Below are positions 12,484 to 55,790 of a DNA stretch of 64,000 nucleotides, one piece after another. Within the stretch, counting starts at the first letter, position 1; every line of letters starts with the position of its first letter. Origin of the DNA: Octopus sinensis (Eukaryota); NCBI RefSeq assembly GCF_006345805.1, contig NC_042999.1, positions 51,336,001-51,400,000 on the forward strand, written 5' to 3'. A program made the translations under genes and the position numbers. The notes beneath the pieces were generated by a model. That model was not told where the DNA came from and did not search any database. It worked only from the letters and a program-made list of their open reading frames with translations.

Positions 12484-13519
12484 GTCTGCTGGGTTGGGGG
12501 GGGGGCAGCATTCTTGTTCTAATGAGATTCTGATTATATTCTGGCAAACATCTAGGCAGGATGTCAATAGCAGGGAAGTGTTTGTTCCTTTCACACCTTA
12601 AAGATCCATCTAAGATTTGGGTAAAATATTTAGTCCCAGGTGCTGGTTAAGACATGAAACCGTGACATGTCTGTGGCAGCAGAGGTTGAGCCTGGGATGA
12701 CACTATACATGTCACTCTTGACTGGTGGCACAAAGATTGCTTCCTAACCACATGGTTGCTGCTTTAGTCTCACTTTGTGGCACCTTGAGCAAGTTCTTCT
12801 ACTCTACCCAAACCTGATCAAAGCCTTGTGAATGGATTTGACCAACAGACACTGAAAGAAGCCCGTTTGTGTGTGTCTGTTTCCCACCACTACTTGATAA
12901 CCAGTGTTTGTTTATTTATGTCCCTGTAACTTAGTGATTCGGCAAAAGAGACTGAATAGAATAAGTCCTGGGGGTTGATTCATTTGACTAAAAATTCTTC
13001 AAGGCACTACCCCAGCAAGGCCACAATTTAACACTGAAACAAGTAAAAGATATATTAAATCATCTTTTGAGTTTATTGTGGATATATTGGAAGTATCCAC
13101 TGAGAATTGGGTTTACAGTAGATATGTATTTGCTATCAATCTACAAAAGACTACCAACCATATGATAATTCTAAACCAATGTTGTAGCTGTAATGAAGGA
13201 ACAACACTGTTTTATCTTGCTGTCTATAAAACACCTACAACAAAGCCTCTGTGTTAGAAATCGTAGCCAAACTCTCTCTCAAATCTCATTCTACAATCTT
13301 GAAGGTGTCCATTGCATAATCAACTTAGAAACATTATAGCAAGAAAAAGCTCCCTCATGGCACCAGCAAACTGATTTCTTGATCCTGAATTGAAAAACTT
13401 ATTTGCAGAACATTTTACCTATTTTAGGGTGAAATTTGATCCGTTATTATTTTGCCTGGAACCCAGCAAACAGTGATGTTGGTCTTAACTTCACATAAAT
13501 TTTCTCATGTTTATTTCAG

Positions 13520-13591
13520 CCTCCTGTTTACGTACGGCCAACACAGACCAAGCCAAGTTTACTGGAAATCTACCTCTCCAGCGATTTATAG
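13520..13591 (+). CDS. Terminal coding exon of the unidentified plus-strand gene (PPVYVRPTQTKPSLLEIYLSSDL*)
   Basis: tgtttatttcag|CCT CCT GTT...TTA TAG; phase 0, followed by a ~1.7 kb TE-free 3' region. Confidence 0.72.
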   Translation, partial: PPVYVRPTQTKPSLLEIYLSSDL

Positions 13592-15330
13592 CAGTAAACT
13601 TCTTCAATGTCACACTGTCGCACACGGAGGCTGTTGAAGTCCAACATTTACCAAATCCATCAAATATAGAAAAAGCATTTTTTAACATCTTTCTTTATTT
13701 GAAATATTTCATTCATTCATTTTATGGAACAAAACTTTAATTAGTTGCAAGACCAACTTTTAGTTATCTAGAATTAATTTTCGTGTTGAGCATAATTAGA
13801 AAATTAATTTTCTTTGTTTGGGGATGGTTAGAGTGGCTCAAAGAAGACCAAGTAATTTAAATGTGAATATTTAAAACATGGACAGTTATTTAACAGATAA
13901 ACTGTCAGTTCATTTCTCTGTGTGCCAGAATAGTGAAGAAAGGTCACTGGCTCAGATGTGACTTGCAAGTTTTATTGTATATCTGAGCAAGATTACTTAA
14001 TTCCCTCAACACTCAATTTCTGTAATACTTGATGGTTTAAACCTTCCATAAATTTTTTCTCTCCTTCTCACAACCATGTCGGCTATCACTAAAGACTCTA
14101 CCTGGTTGCTTGACCTGCTTGAAAACAGCAGCAAAATTACTCTCAAACCATGTCCTATCTTGAAAAGGACACATTTGATAAATGTAGTCCAAGTATACTT
14201 TGGAAAAAAAAAATAGGATGGTCATGGTTGGAATCAATTTAATCATAAAATGTAAAATTCAAAGAAATTGTTAGCAAGTTTCTGGAGTTGGAGGAGCTCA
14301 GTTGCCATGGCAATTTGGTGAACCTCATAAATCTTTTCTCTCCTTCTCACAACCATGTCGGCTATCACTAAAGACTCTACCTGGTTGCTTGACCTGCCGC
14401 AAACAGCAGCAAAATTACTCTCAAATCATGTCCTATCTAGAAAAGGACACATTTGATAAATGTAGTCCAAGTATACTTTGGAAAAAAAAAATAGGATGGT
14501 CATGGTTGGAACCCATTTAATCATAAAATGTAAAATTCAAAGAAATTGTTAGCAAGTTTCTGGAGTTGGAGGAGCTCAGTTGCCATGGCAATTTGGTGAA
14601 CCTAACATCATTCTCTGCTGATGTGACTCTTAGACAAAAAGTGAGGAAGTGTTGGGGTCCCCATCACTTCATAGCAGCTAAGTTTTGTCTCACTTGACTC
14701 CCTTTTTGCCTAACCAGCAATCCTTCTCAAGGGATTCCGATAGTTCTTTTGTTGATGATTAAAAACTGTCAACATAATTCGAATTTTGGTTTTGGTCAGG
14801 AAATGCTTCCTCATCTAAAAATGAATAATTTTCCTTGAACATTTCAACAGAGTTGACAGTATTACAGCTGTTTCCCATCTGAATATCCTAAAACTTCAGA
14901 TATTCCCATTATCTCGTCTCGTTAGCTGCTAACAAAGAATTTGTAAATATCGTCTTGATAAAAAAAAAACTATTTTCTTTTGAACAAATTAGACTTCAAG
15001 TTCTTTTTACATTGTGCTCACCATCAAAACTTCATATTCAGTGCTGTTTATATTTTTATAGATTTATCAAACTGTATATTTCAAGTCTTTTAAGTAAGAA
15101 TGTATATTTTTATATGCAGTGGAATGTTGTCTCAAGTAGACATTGTTAGCTATTCTTTACATTTACATCAGACTTTTACTTCATTAAAACTAACACTGCT
15201 CCATATTTTCCAAGTTCTGTATATTTTTCTTGTTACCCTACAATAACTAGTCTCAAAATTGTAGTAAAAATGTATTTTTGTTGTGAATGAGAGAATTTTG
15301 TGAAACAAAATAAATAATTCCTAATTTCTG
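13592..15330 (+). other. Probable 3' UTR of the plus-strand gene, convergent with ICA1
   Basis: TE-free; AATAAA at 15309-15314 followed by a T-rich tract. Confidence 0.45.
14047..14603 (+). repeat. Direct tandem duplication, 279-bp unit x2
   Basis: Units start at cataaat (14047 and 14326) and differ by a handful of substitutions. Confidence 0.9.
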
Positions 15331-17114
15331 TATTTTGTTAATTATATGAACTGATTGCCTGTTATTGACTTTACAGTGTCTATGGTAAGAGAGGGAGTTT
15401 TATTTTTCTGTTACAGAGGAAACTAATTAGTGAAGTTAGCTAAAAGAGGACGACTGTAACAGTTTATCATTTCTTCTATATCCCTCTCTACCATATAAGT
15501 GTGTCTGTTGGCTCTTTGTCTTGACATTGAGCAATCATTATTATTATTATTATTATTATACAAGTTTTGTTCAGTCTTCTGAAAAAACATTCCAGACCAA
15601 TGAAAATTTTTCTTGCTGACAGAGCATCTGAACCTTATCTGACTGATGCAAGCATAAAGTCAGCATCATCATTCATCGTTTAGTGTCCATTTCCCATACG
15701 TAGCATAGGTTAAATGATTTGACTGGGGCTGGTCAGCTGGAGAACTGCACCAGGGTCCAGTCTGTTTAGACTTGGGTTCTACAGTCTGATGCCCTTTCCG
15801 ACGCCAACCACTTCAGTGTACTCGGTGCCTTTTACGTATCACTGGCCACAACTGATTTCACTTAGCTTGATCAGTCTTCTCGAGCACAGCAAATTGCAAA
15901 AGGTCTCGGTCACTTGTCATCGCCTCCATGAGGCTCAACATCTAATCATACTTCCACCATCTTGTCCTACATCATCATCTTCAACATGTTCCAATCGTCT
16001 CGGCCACACTATTGTCTGCCTCAATTACACCACCATCAGTGTAGAACAGAGAGTTTGTTTTTTGTCTTTAATTGAACGGGTATGGCAGCATCAGTGACCA
16101 TTTCTGGCAGAATCCTAAAAGAATAATTCAATACTCACTCTTCCATGCTTGCAATGGGGCCAGACGGAATTTGTTCAGTTGGATGTCCTTTTTTCTTCTG
16201 GCCAGATGGGTTTTTCAAAAAACACAGGAAATCAACACCCTTGTTTGTATGATAACTCATTTACAACCATTACACGATCTCTCTCTCTCTCTTGCCATCA
16301 TCATCATTTAATGTCCATTTTCCATGCTAGCATGGGTTGGACAGCTTGACAAACTGGCTGCACCAGGTTCCATAGTCTGTTTTGGCTTGGTATACAGCTG
16401 GATGCCCTTCCTAACACCACCCACTCCACAAACTGTACTGGGTGCTTTTTAAGTGGCACCTTGGTTTTAGGACCCCACTTCTGTTGTGGTTGGGTCTTGT
16501 GTACAGCATTTTACCATAATACCTCGGTTCTGTCATCAATGTTCGCTGCTTTGAGATCAGCCTTCAATACTTCATCCCATTTCTTCCTGGGTTTCCCCTC
16601 TTCCGTGTGTGTGGAAGCAAAACCTGGAACCTTTTACTAGGACCTTAAAGTTAACTTCACAAAAAACAGTGTTGCTGGAATACACCCTCTTGCTGCTCTT
16701 TCCTGGACAGCAGCAAACCTGTTTCTGTCCTCATTCTTCTTCTCACACACAGTCTCTCTCTGACCAGGTAATCATGTACCTCCTCTACAAAACACCTGTT
16801 TCTGTCTCACTCAAACTTTTTATCATGTGACACAAAACCACCTCCTCTATTGTCCCCTCTCCTCAACAAATCTTTGTCTTGCAAGTTATTTGGTGACACA
16901 TAAAAAAGCATCAAGTCCATACAGGTTAGCAAGGGCATCCAGTCATAAAAACTGTGCCAAACACACACAATTTACCATATATCTTGGCCCTGTCATCAAT
17001 GTTCAGTGCTTTGAGATCAGTTTGAAAGTTGGACATTCAATAACAATGGGGTGTGTGTGTACACACACGATTGGTTCTCGTGCCAGTAGTACATAAAAAG
17101 CACCAGCCAAACGT

Positions 17115-17340
17115 GATGTGTTTCTATGTGTGTGTATATCTGTCTGCCTGCCTGCCTTTGTGTGTGTATATCTGTCTGCCTTTGTGTGTGTGTGTTATAT
17201 CTGTGTATCTTTCTTTGTGTGTATTAGTCTGCCTCTCTGTGTGTGTGTGTCTGTTTGCCCCTCTGTGTGTGTCTGTTTTGTCTCGGTGTGTGTGTTATGT
17301 GTCTCTCTATGTGTCTGCCATGTCTGTGTGTGTGTTTGTA
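17115..17340. repeat. Complex (TG)/(TGTC) low-complexity tract; representative of many (CA)n, (TA)n, (GA)n and (CAT)n microsatellites
   Basis: Directly visible; produces the spurious Cys/Val-rich ORFs 17053..17520 and 17118..17435. Confidence 0.9.
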
Positions 17341-17639
17341 AGCCAAGTTTTCAAGTTTCATTTAATAAAAATTGTCACACTTTATATTATTACATGGATA
17401 GATATATCCGTCCGGGTTGCGGATCTGTGGAATAAGCTGCTGGACGAGATAGTGAAGATGCCGACGACCGCTTGGTTCAAAGTCTCCCTTGACCACAAAT
17501 GGCCTGAACTCTTTGCATGAACACCACCCTGTACATAACTCCATGTCCCCCTACATGGCCTTGCTTTTTGCTTTTTGAGCCAAAAAATTAACTTATCTCC
17601 ATGTAGTATCTTGGAAGGGTCGTTATGCCAATAACAAAC

Positions 17640-19083
17640 ACATGCATTAGTTCTATTTCACTTCAGTCAGTCAGTTGTGTTTGTGACATCTACAACATGC
17701 TTATTGGTATAATGACCCTCTTGAGACAACAAAAACTGTTTCAACACATCAATTCACATCAAGAATCTGGCCAAGCAAATACGTTACAGACATTTACAGT
17801 TTCAGGTTTTATTCATTATTTCTTAATTCTTAACACTTTCCTAAAATATAAAAAAAAATCTAGCATAAATATCTTTGGTTAGCAAAGTTAGCGCAATGCT
17901 GATATAGATGTGTGCATAAATATACTGACTGGCATCGAGCTAACTTTGATTACCAAACATGACTGTATTCGATTTTCTTTATTTAGGAATATGTTAAGAA
18001 ATTTAAATAATGAATAAAAGGTTAAACTGATGGAAGCTGTCATGTATATACTGTATAAATCTACTTTTGACATACGTCTAATGTATTAAGTGTATATTTA
18101 CAGTAATGTCAGGTGTGACACTTTTTATGATACAAAACTCGTAATCCTTTTGAAAAGCTCTCTAACAATTGTAGAGTGAAAAGGCGAAGCCAGCCACGGT
18201 TTAATGTTACACTCTTCTTGCTGTGAACGATTTTGAAGTAAACCCTTCTATAGGGGAAAATCCTTAAAATGTCAGTAAGATGGCATAGACTTAAGATAAC
18301 TGGAGCAGCATTTTGGATTTAGAGAATGTATCTCTGAGAAGGAAATTAAGGCTTCCAAGAAAGGGGTAGAAAAACCAACAGAATAAGAAAACATGAGAAC
18401 TTAAGCAACAAAATGAACTGTTGAAGTGTAAACAGGAAAAAAAAAAAAATGAATAATCTGCATAAACAAGTAGTTATAATAACCTTCATATATATATAAT
18501 CAAGTAATTATAATAATAATAATTAACTGATTCTCCACTCAATCAACAGGTTTGACAGTAATAGAAAAACTTGGTTCCTGTGTCTATACAAAAATCTGTC
18601 TGAGCAATCTAGTAGAACCACTCGCGCCGCGTTTATTCCTGAAATGCCATCGTCGTGACAGGAAATACTTGTCGCACATCACTAAACAGATGCAAATGGA
18701 TGTCACTCTGAGAGTTGAAAACAGACTTTTATAAAAACAAAAACTTTGAATGAACAAACATAATTTAGGATATTGAAGACTTAATAATATTAAAATAAAA
18801 ACAGTTCAGATCTCTAAGTTTTATACATAATCCATGCTCCAACATTTGTGTAGTTTTGTGGGGAATTAGTTGTAAATATATTAATAATAATAATATAATA
18901 ACAGTTGCACATTCAGCCACACATCTTGGCAAATAAAAGCAACATCGACAGAAATGGCATTAGAGACATTGCTGAATGGAATTTCTTCAAATAAAGTAGT
19001 TTGGTTTTCTTTTTTGTGAGTAAAAAGGATTGAATAAAATCAAATGAGGAAATCTTATTTAAATATTGAAGTTTTGAACAGAT
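17640..19083 (-). other. ICA1: Probable ICA1 3' UTR
   Basis: TE-free, AT-rich stretch after the stop codon. Minus-strand AATAAA (plus-strand tttatt) occurs at 17808-17813 and 17978-17983. The 3' end is not determinable from sequence alone. Confidence 0.5.
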
Positions 19084-49876
<30,793 letters not shown>

Positions 49877-50569
49877 TATCTGACACCTTTCAAAATTCTT
49901 CGAAGCTGAATGAGTTAAATTTAATGGTCAAACTGATTAAAGTGTGCACACCTGAAATGAAGAGCAATGTGTTCAATTAGTACCAGAAAACAAGGCTTGG
50001 TCCATCAGAAGAATGGAAATTGGAGCATAGTTGATTTACAGTAAGTGATAAATTGGGGAGGAGGGGTAAATTAGCAAATGAATCCATTTAATTAAAACAT
50101 TACTGTTTAATATATCAATAAACTGGATTAACATATTGATATGAGATAAATCCAGTGACTGGTTGGGATGTCACTCACAAGGGCATACTAAATTACAGAA
50201 GCCCTTTGCCCACAAACTAACTGACCAAGACAGAATCATTAGATTGTTAGAGAAACCACCTTGTACTTAGGTACAACCCTTTACATTCTGAGTTCAAATC
50301 CTGCAAAAACAACTTGGCTTCTTTTTTTTTTTTATCCTTTAGAGGTTAATAAGTTCCAGTCAAATATTGGGACAACAGGCTTTGTACTTCACCAGCTCTT
50401 GGCTGTTCAGCAATGGCCAGCTAACCATAGGGTGTGTATACTTACAGAGGTTTACAGCCCCACAATATAATACCTGCTGGTATTATGTTGTCCAGAAAAA
50501 TATGAACCCTTTAGCATTCAGATTTCTTTGTCAAATTATTATCTTGTAGCTTCAAGATTTCAATGGTGT

Positions 50570-51230
50570 CATCTTCATCATCATTTAATTTAAGGTCTGT
50601 TGTACAAGCTGGCATGGGTTGGATGGTTTGACTAGGGCTAGTAAGCTGAGGGGCTGCACCAGACTCAAGTCTGATTTGGCATGGCTTCTATGGTTGGATG
50701 CTCTTCCTAACAACAACCACTCCAAGAGTGTAATGGGTGCTTTTACATGCCACTGGCACAGGTGCCAGTTTGCATGACACCAGTATCTTCCACAATTATG
50801 ATGTCACTTGGCTTGATAGGTCTTCTCAAGTACAGTATATTGCCAAAGGTCTTGGTCATTTGTCATTATCTCTGTGAGGCCCAGCACTCTAAAAGGTGCT
50901 TTTTACATGCCACCAGCACTGGCCACATTGCCTCCACGAGGTCCAATGCTCAAAAAGTGATTTTTACATGCCACCAGCATGGGTACCAGTTACATGAAAC
51001 CAAAAACAGCCACAATTATGATTTCACTTGACAAGTCTTCTCAAGCATGAAGTACTGCCAAAGATCTCAGTCACTGGTCATTGCTTCCATGAGGCACAGC
51101 AGTTGAAAATCATGTTTCACCACCTCATCCCATGTCTTCCTGGATCTCCCTCTTCCACTGGTAGAGATCGACACTTCTTCACACAACTGTCCACATCCAT
51201 ATGCATCACATGGCCATACCAATATGTAAC
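50570..51230 (-). mobile_element. Degenerate RTE 3' end
   Basis: catcatc tail plus ggatgctcttcctaa core; YWYGHVMHMD in ORF 51117..51326. Confidence 0.8.
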
Positions 51231-51364
51231 TGCCATCATTGTCCCTCCATTTACCCGACTCTCCCTACCAACCTTTTTGTTTCTCTTCACACTCATATTC
51301 TCTCTTTTATTCACTGCATTAGTCAAACCCTATCTCTCCCACACCCCTGTCATGTTTACTTTAA

Positions 51365-51585
51365 CCCTTTCGTTACCAACCCGGCTGAAACTGGCTCTGG
51401 CTCTGTAGTACAAATGTCTCGTTTTCATAAGTTTTGAATTAAAATCTTCCACCAAACCTTAGTCACAATTTATGTTCCTAACACTAGCTTAACGATAACT
51501 AAGTTATTTTACTAAATTCTTTGTTATATTTAAAGTAATTGAAAAAAACACAGAGCATCTCAAAATAAATACAGTAACAAAAGGG
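51365..51585. mobile_element. piggyBac-type MITE, second family
   Basis: TTAA|ccctttcgttac...gtaacaaaaggg|TTAA; different internal sequence. Confidence 0.85.
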
Positions 51586-53584
51586 TTAAAAGAACAGAGA
51601 CAACATAGAGTATAAAGCTTGCAATGTTCAACTTGCTACGACCAGATAACTTCTCTGTGTTGGTGCCACAATAAACTCTATCAAATATACAGAAGTTGGT
51701 GTTAAGAAGGGGATCCAGCTTGGACTTATGAGTAAGAGGAAATCCTCTGGCTCATCTGAGAGAACAGTAACTTTAAATAAGAACTGACAAGGACAGTGAT
51801 GACTCATTCGACCCATGGAAGCAGTTGTGTGAGGAGAATGAAGACAGAACAATGTAATAACAGAGAATGTGTTGATAGACAAAAAAAAAAAAAAAAAAGG
51901 CATGTTGATGGCAGTGGTTGAGCTTAACCAACAAGTATAATGGTTTATTATAACCATCACAAGATAGAAGGTGTAGCTGTGTGTTAAGAAGTTTGCTTCC
52001 CAACCACATGGTTCTGAGTTCAGTCCTACTTCCTCTATAGCCTCAGGGCAACCAAGCACTGCGAGTAGATTTGGTAAACATAAGCTGAAAGAAGCCCGTC
52101 TCTCTCTCTCTCTCTCAAGATATATATATCATCATCATCATGTAACATCCGTTGTCCATGCTGGCATGGGTTGGGCAGTTTGACCAGAGCTGGCAAGCTG
52201 GGGAGCTGCACCAGACTCCAGTTTGATTTGACATAGTTTCCACAGATGAATGCCCTTCCTAATGCCAACCACTTTACAGTGTGTTGGGTGCTTTTGACCA
52301 GAAATGGCCTGAACTCTTTGCATGAACACCCTCCCTCTACATAACTCCATGTCCCCCTACATGGCCTTGCTTTTTGCTTTTTGAGCGCAAAAATTAACTT
52401 AACTTAACTTTATGCAGCACTTTCACAAGTACTTTCACCACCAGAGTGACCAGTCTTAACACTTCAGCTGTGGAGTATACATACGTACGGTACGTACATG
52501 TATAAATGTATGTATATATGTATGCATGCGTGTGTTGTCCCCAATGTTCTTGTGAGGACATGTTTGGACATCAGGGAATATTACCTTGTTTGGAAACAGG
52601 TGAGGATTGGCAACAGGAAGGGCATCTGACCAGAGAAAAATGAATGTTAGATGATAACAATCATAGTTTGCTAAAGTTGTTCATGTTGGTATTGTTGTGT
52701 CTAGTAGTGTTGTTGTTGCATTCAAGTAGATAAGATTAATATTTGGTTTTCCTTTGCTACTGAAATGATGTTACAATGTAGAACAACCACGATTGGTTTG
52801 GTTTTATTAGATTTTGATGGTTTAGTGAGGAGTAAATAGCATAAGATGGAGACAGTTATGTGGAAGAGAGAGAGAGAGATTAGAGAAATATGTCAGAGTG
52901 TATTTAAAAGAATAGAACAGTTTAGGGAAATGAAGCATATTTATTAGATTAAGTAGGTCAGCCATGTTATATATGAAACATATGTTACATAGTGATGCTA
53001 TGTTGTCAATGTTACTACACCCCCCCACCCCGACACAATAGGTGTGAACTTTATGGTGGTTTCTGCCCTAACCACCATGGAGATGTGGCTGTCTACAGGG
53101 TGGGTTGATGTCTAACAGGGTGGAACTAGGAGGAGAAGAGAGAAGGTGTTGGGGAGGTAGAATACAACTAGCTAATTCAGAGGAGCAAAGAGTGTAATTA
53201 AAGCAATGGGGAATGAGGCGGGGGGGGGGAGAAACAGGGTCAACAGAGGTAGTAGCGATTATATGAAGAGAAGCAGAGAGGTAGTTGAAGTAATAGTGAT
53301 TAAATAGAGAAAAGGAGTGGTAATTCTAGTAGTGATTGAATAGAGAAAGCAGGAGGGAGATATTCTAAAAGTAATTAAATAGATAAAGAGATTATAGCAG
53401 CAGTGAATAGAGAGAGACAGAAAGATTGTTCTGATGGTCATTAAAAAATGAAGAGAGAAGGGTGGGATGGAGGTAGAGAGGGGAGAGAGATGAGGAAGGA
53501 GAGAGAGAGAGAGAGGGGTTATAGTATGGTGGTGAGTTTTTGGACATCTGTCAGATGAAATTCTCTTGGATGAAAGCCTGTAGA

Positions 53585-54095
53585 CTTACCCCTTCGAAAA
53601 ATTAAAAGTAGATGAATGGCGATAAGAGTGGTGCAAGCTTTATACAAAGGTGCAAGCCAGATAAAAAAGTGCAGTCAGCTCAAACGGGCAATGAGTTCAA
53701 ACAATTTAATTATACAAGTGGGTGTTCACTAAAGCTCAGTTCTTGTACCCACTCCTACTTATAATAAGGTCACCAAGCCATGAAAAGATAAATTTATGAA
53801 TGGCTGACTGGAGGAACTCTTACATGCTGATGACAACAAAGAAAAATACCAGAAAATACAAGCACAAACTCCAGAAACAAGAGACTCCATAGTAAACCTG
53901 ACCCAAAATAGGAAAGTACACAACCCTCTTACCATCAAAGAAATGGCCATTTTCAATAAGTGGCAAAATATTTGGTAGAAATTCCAAATGATGTACACAA
54001 TATAATCTATGGATGCAGAAGAGGTGTAATAGGATCAAAGTAAAGCTGACAGAGAAGAAAGACCTTGTGGTAGATGTATAAGAATAACTGTTAGT
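53585..54095 (+). mobile_element. Highly degenerate RTE RT fragment
   Basis: Nucleotide similarity to the other RTE copies (gtagatgaatgg, cttacatgctgatgac). Confidence 0.6.
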
Positions 54096-54129
54096 AGTCA
54101 GAGTAGTGATAAAATATATGATGCTTTTA

Positions 54130-55510
54130 TGTCACCAGCACAGGTGCCTTTTATGTGCCACCAACAACACTGGCCATGACTATAATTTCATTAAGCTTGA
54201 CATGTCTTCTCAAGTACAGCAAATCATCAAAGGCCTCCATCGCTTGTCATCACCTCTATTGAAACTCAACATCCAAAGATCTTGCTTCACCACCTCATCC
54301 CATGTCCTCCGGGTCAACCTCTACCACAGGTTCCCTCCACAGTTAGTGACCAGCATTTCTTTACGCATCACATGACCATGCAGGCACAGTCATCTCTCTT
54401 GTACACCACACCTGATGCCACTTGTGCACAGCTTTTTTCTCAAGATGCTTACACTGTTACACATGCACATCCAGTGAAGCATAATAGCTTTGTTTCTTTC
54501 AAGCCTACACATATTCTCTGTAACACTAGCATAGCTAGAGTGTGTGCTGCCCGGGGCAGCCCTTCCATTTGCCGTCCCTGGACCCCCCCCCCAAAAAAAA
54601 AACAGATATTGCCTACAGCAGACCAAAAGTGCTCTATAGTCACAGTCCACATTTCACTGCTGCGTAGCATGATTGTTCATACCCAGGCATCAAACAATCT
54701 GCCTTTTGTGCAGAAAGAGAGGCCCTTTGCTCCCAACAAAAGTAAAAGCCCTCTGAACTTCGTCCAGCCTATTCTTATTCAAGCAGCTATGCTCTCAGAG
54801 CATCCACCACCACATAATGGAAGCTATCTACTACTACTAAGTATCTCCCAGGCATTTGACAGAATCTATTTCTTGTACGTTCCTAGTGTTTATCATACCT
54901 GTACACCTGCACACACAAAGACTACGTTCTCTGTTAACCTTACCCTTACTGTACTGTTGCACCTCTTATATGCCCACAGCTTGTACTTTGGTTTTTACCT
55001 ACACTTTTTGTACAGATTGAGCAAGGCCATCTCCTTGAAGGGATTTGTGATATGTCTGCTTTCCTACTTACTAAGACTTTGATCTCTGCTAAATTAACTC
55101 CAAAGCCCTTTGATTCCAGACCTTGCTTCCACACCTGAAATTTCTTCTTTAGTTCTGGTAGTGATTCAGCTATAAGAACAAGGTCATCAGCATAGAGGAA
55201 CTCCTAACGGCAGCCTGACTTAAATTCCTCTGTTATAGCCTGGAAGACAACAATGAACAAGAGGGGGCTGATAACCAATCTCTGGTGGACTCTTATTCAC
55301 TAAATTCGTCGCTATATCATTGACGACTTTCATCTCACTGACAGCATCCCTGTGCATGACATTTACAGTTCTCACCAACCAGTCATCTATCCCTAGTTTC
55401 CACATTAACCATCAGATAAGGAAGCAAGATGACCTGTTAAAGGCTTCCTCCATGTCAACAAAAGCCAAATACACAGGCTTATTTTTGGCCAAGTACTTCT
55501 GTAGCTGCCT
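54130..55510 (-). mobile_element. Degenerate RTE LINE relic
   Basis: Minus-strand ORFs 55220..55405 (KLGIDDWLV), 54946..55134 (WKQGLESKG) and 54449..54670. Confidence 0.85.
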
Positions 55511-55620
55511 TACCAACCCATGCCAACATGGAAAGCAGACATCAAATGATGATATGTCTGACCAGGAATATAGCTGCAGCTACTTTACCAGAAATATAAT
55601 AAATAAATATATATATATAT

Positions 55621-55790
55621 ATATACTTTATTTAAAAGCAGCAGAAAATTCAACAAAACCTGTTACTCTGAGTTTCACGTTCCCGTTCATCGGACAGTTT
55701 CTGCTAGCAAAAACTGTTCGATGAACGGGAACGTGAAACTCAGAGTAACAGGTTTTGTTGAATTTTCTGCTGCTTTTAAATAAAGCATAT
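55621..55790. repeat. 170-bp near-perfect palindrome (85-bp arms, 3 mismatches, no spacer); probable Penelope-like pseudo-LTR relic with hammerhead-like motifs
   Basis: Arms pair 55621:55790 around the centre tgctagca (55702-55709). The hammerhead-like core is described under findings. Confidence 0.9.

Noticed and set aside
11550-13591. Calling the plus-strand gene GLCCI1/FAM117 from vertebrate synteny
   Set aside because: No FAM117 motif is present in the peptide, so the gene symbol is left blank.
54282-55082. Longest ORF in the track (266 aa, plus strand) as a gene
   Set aside because: It is the antisense of a degenerate RTE ORF2, with no splice or domain signal. The same applies to 59518..60117 and 42653..42931.
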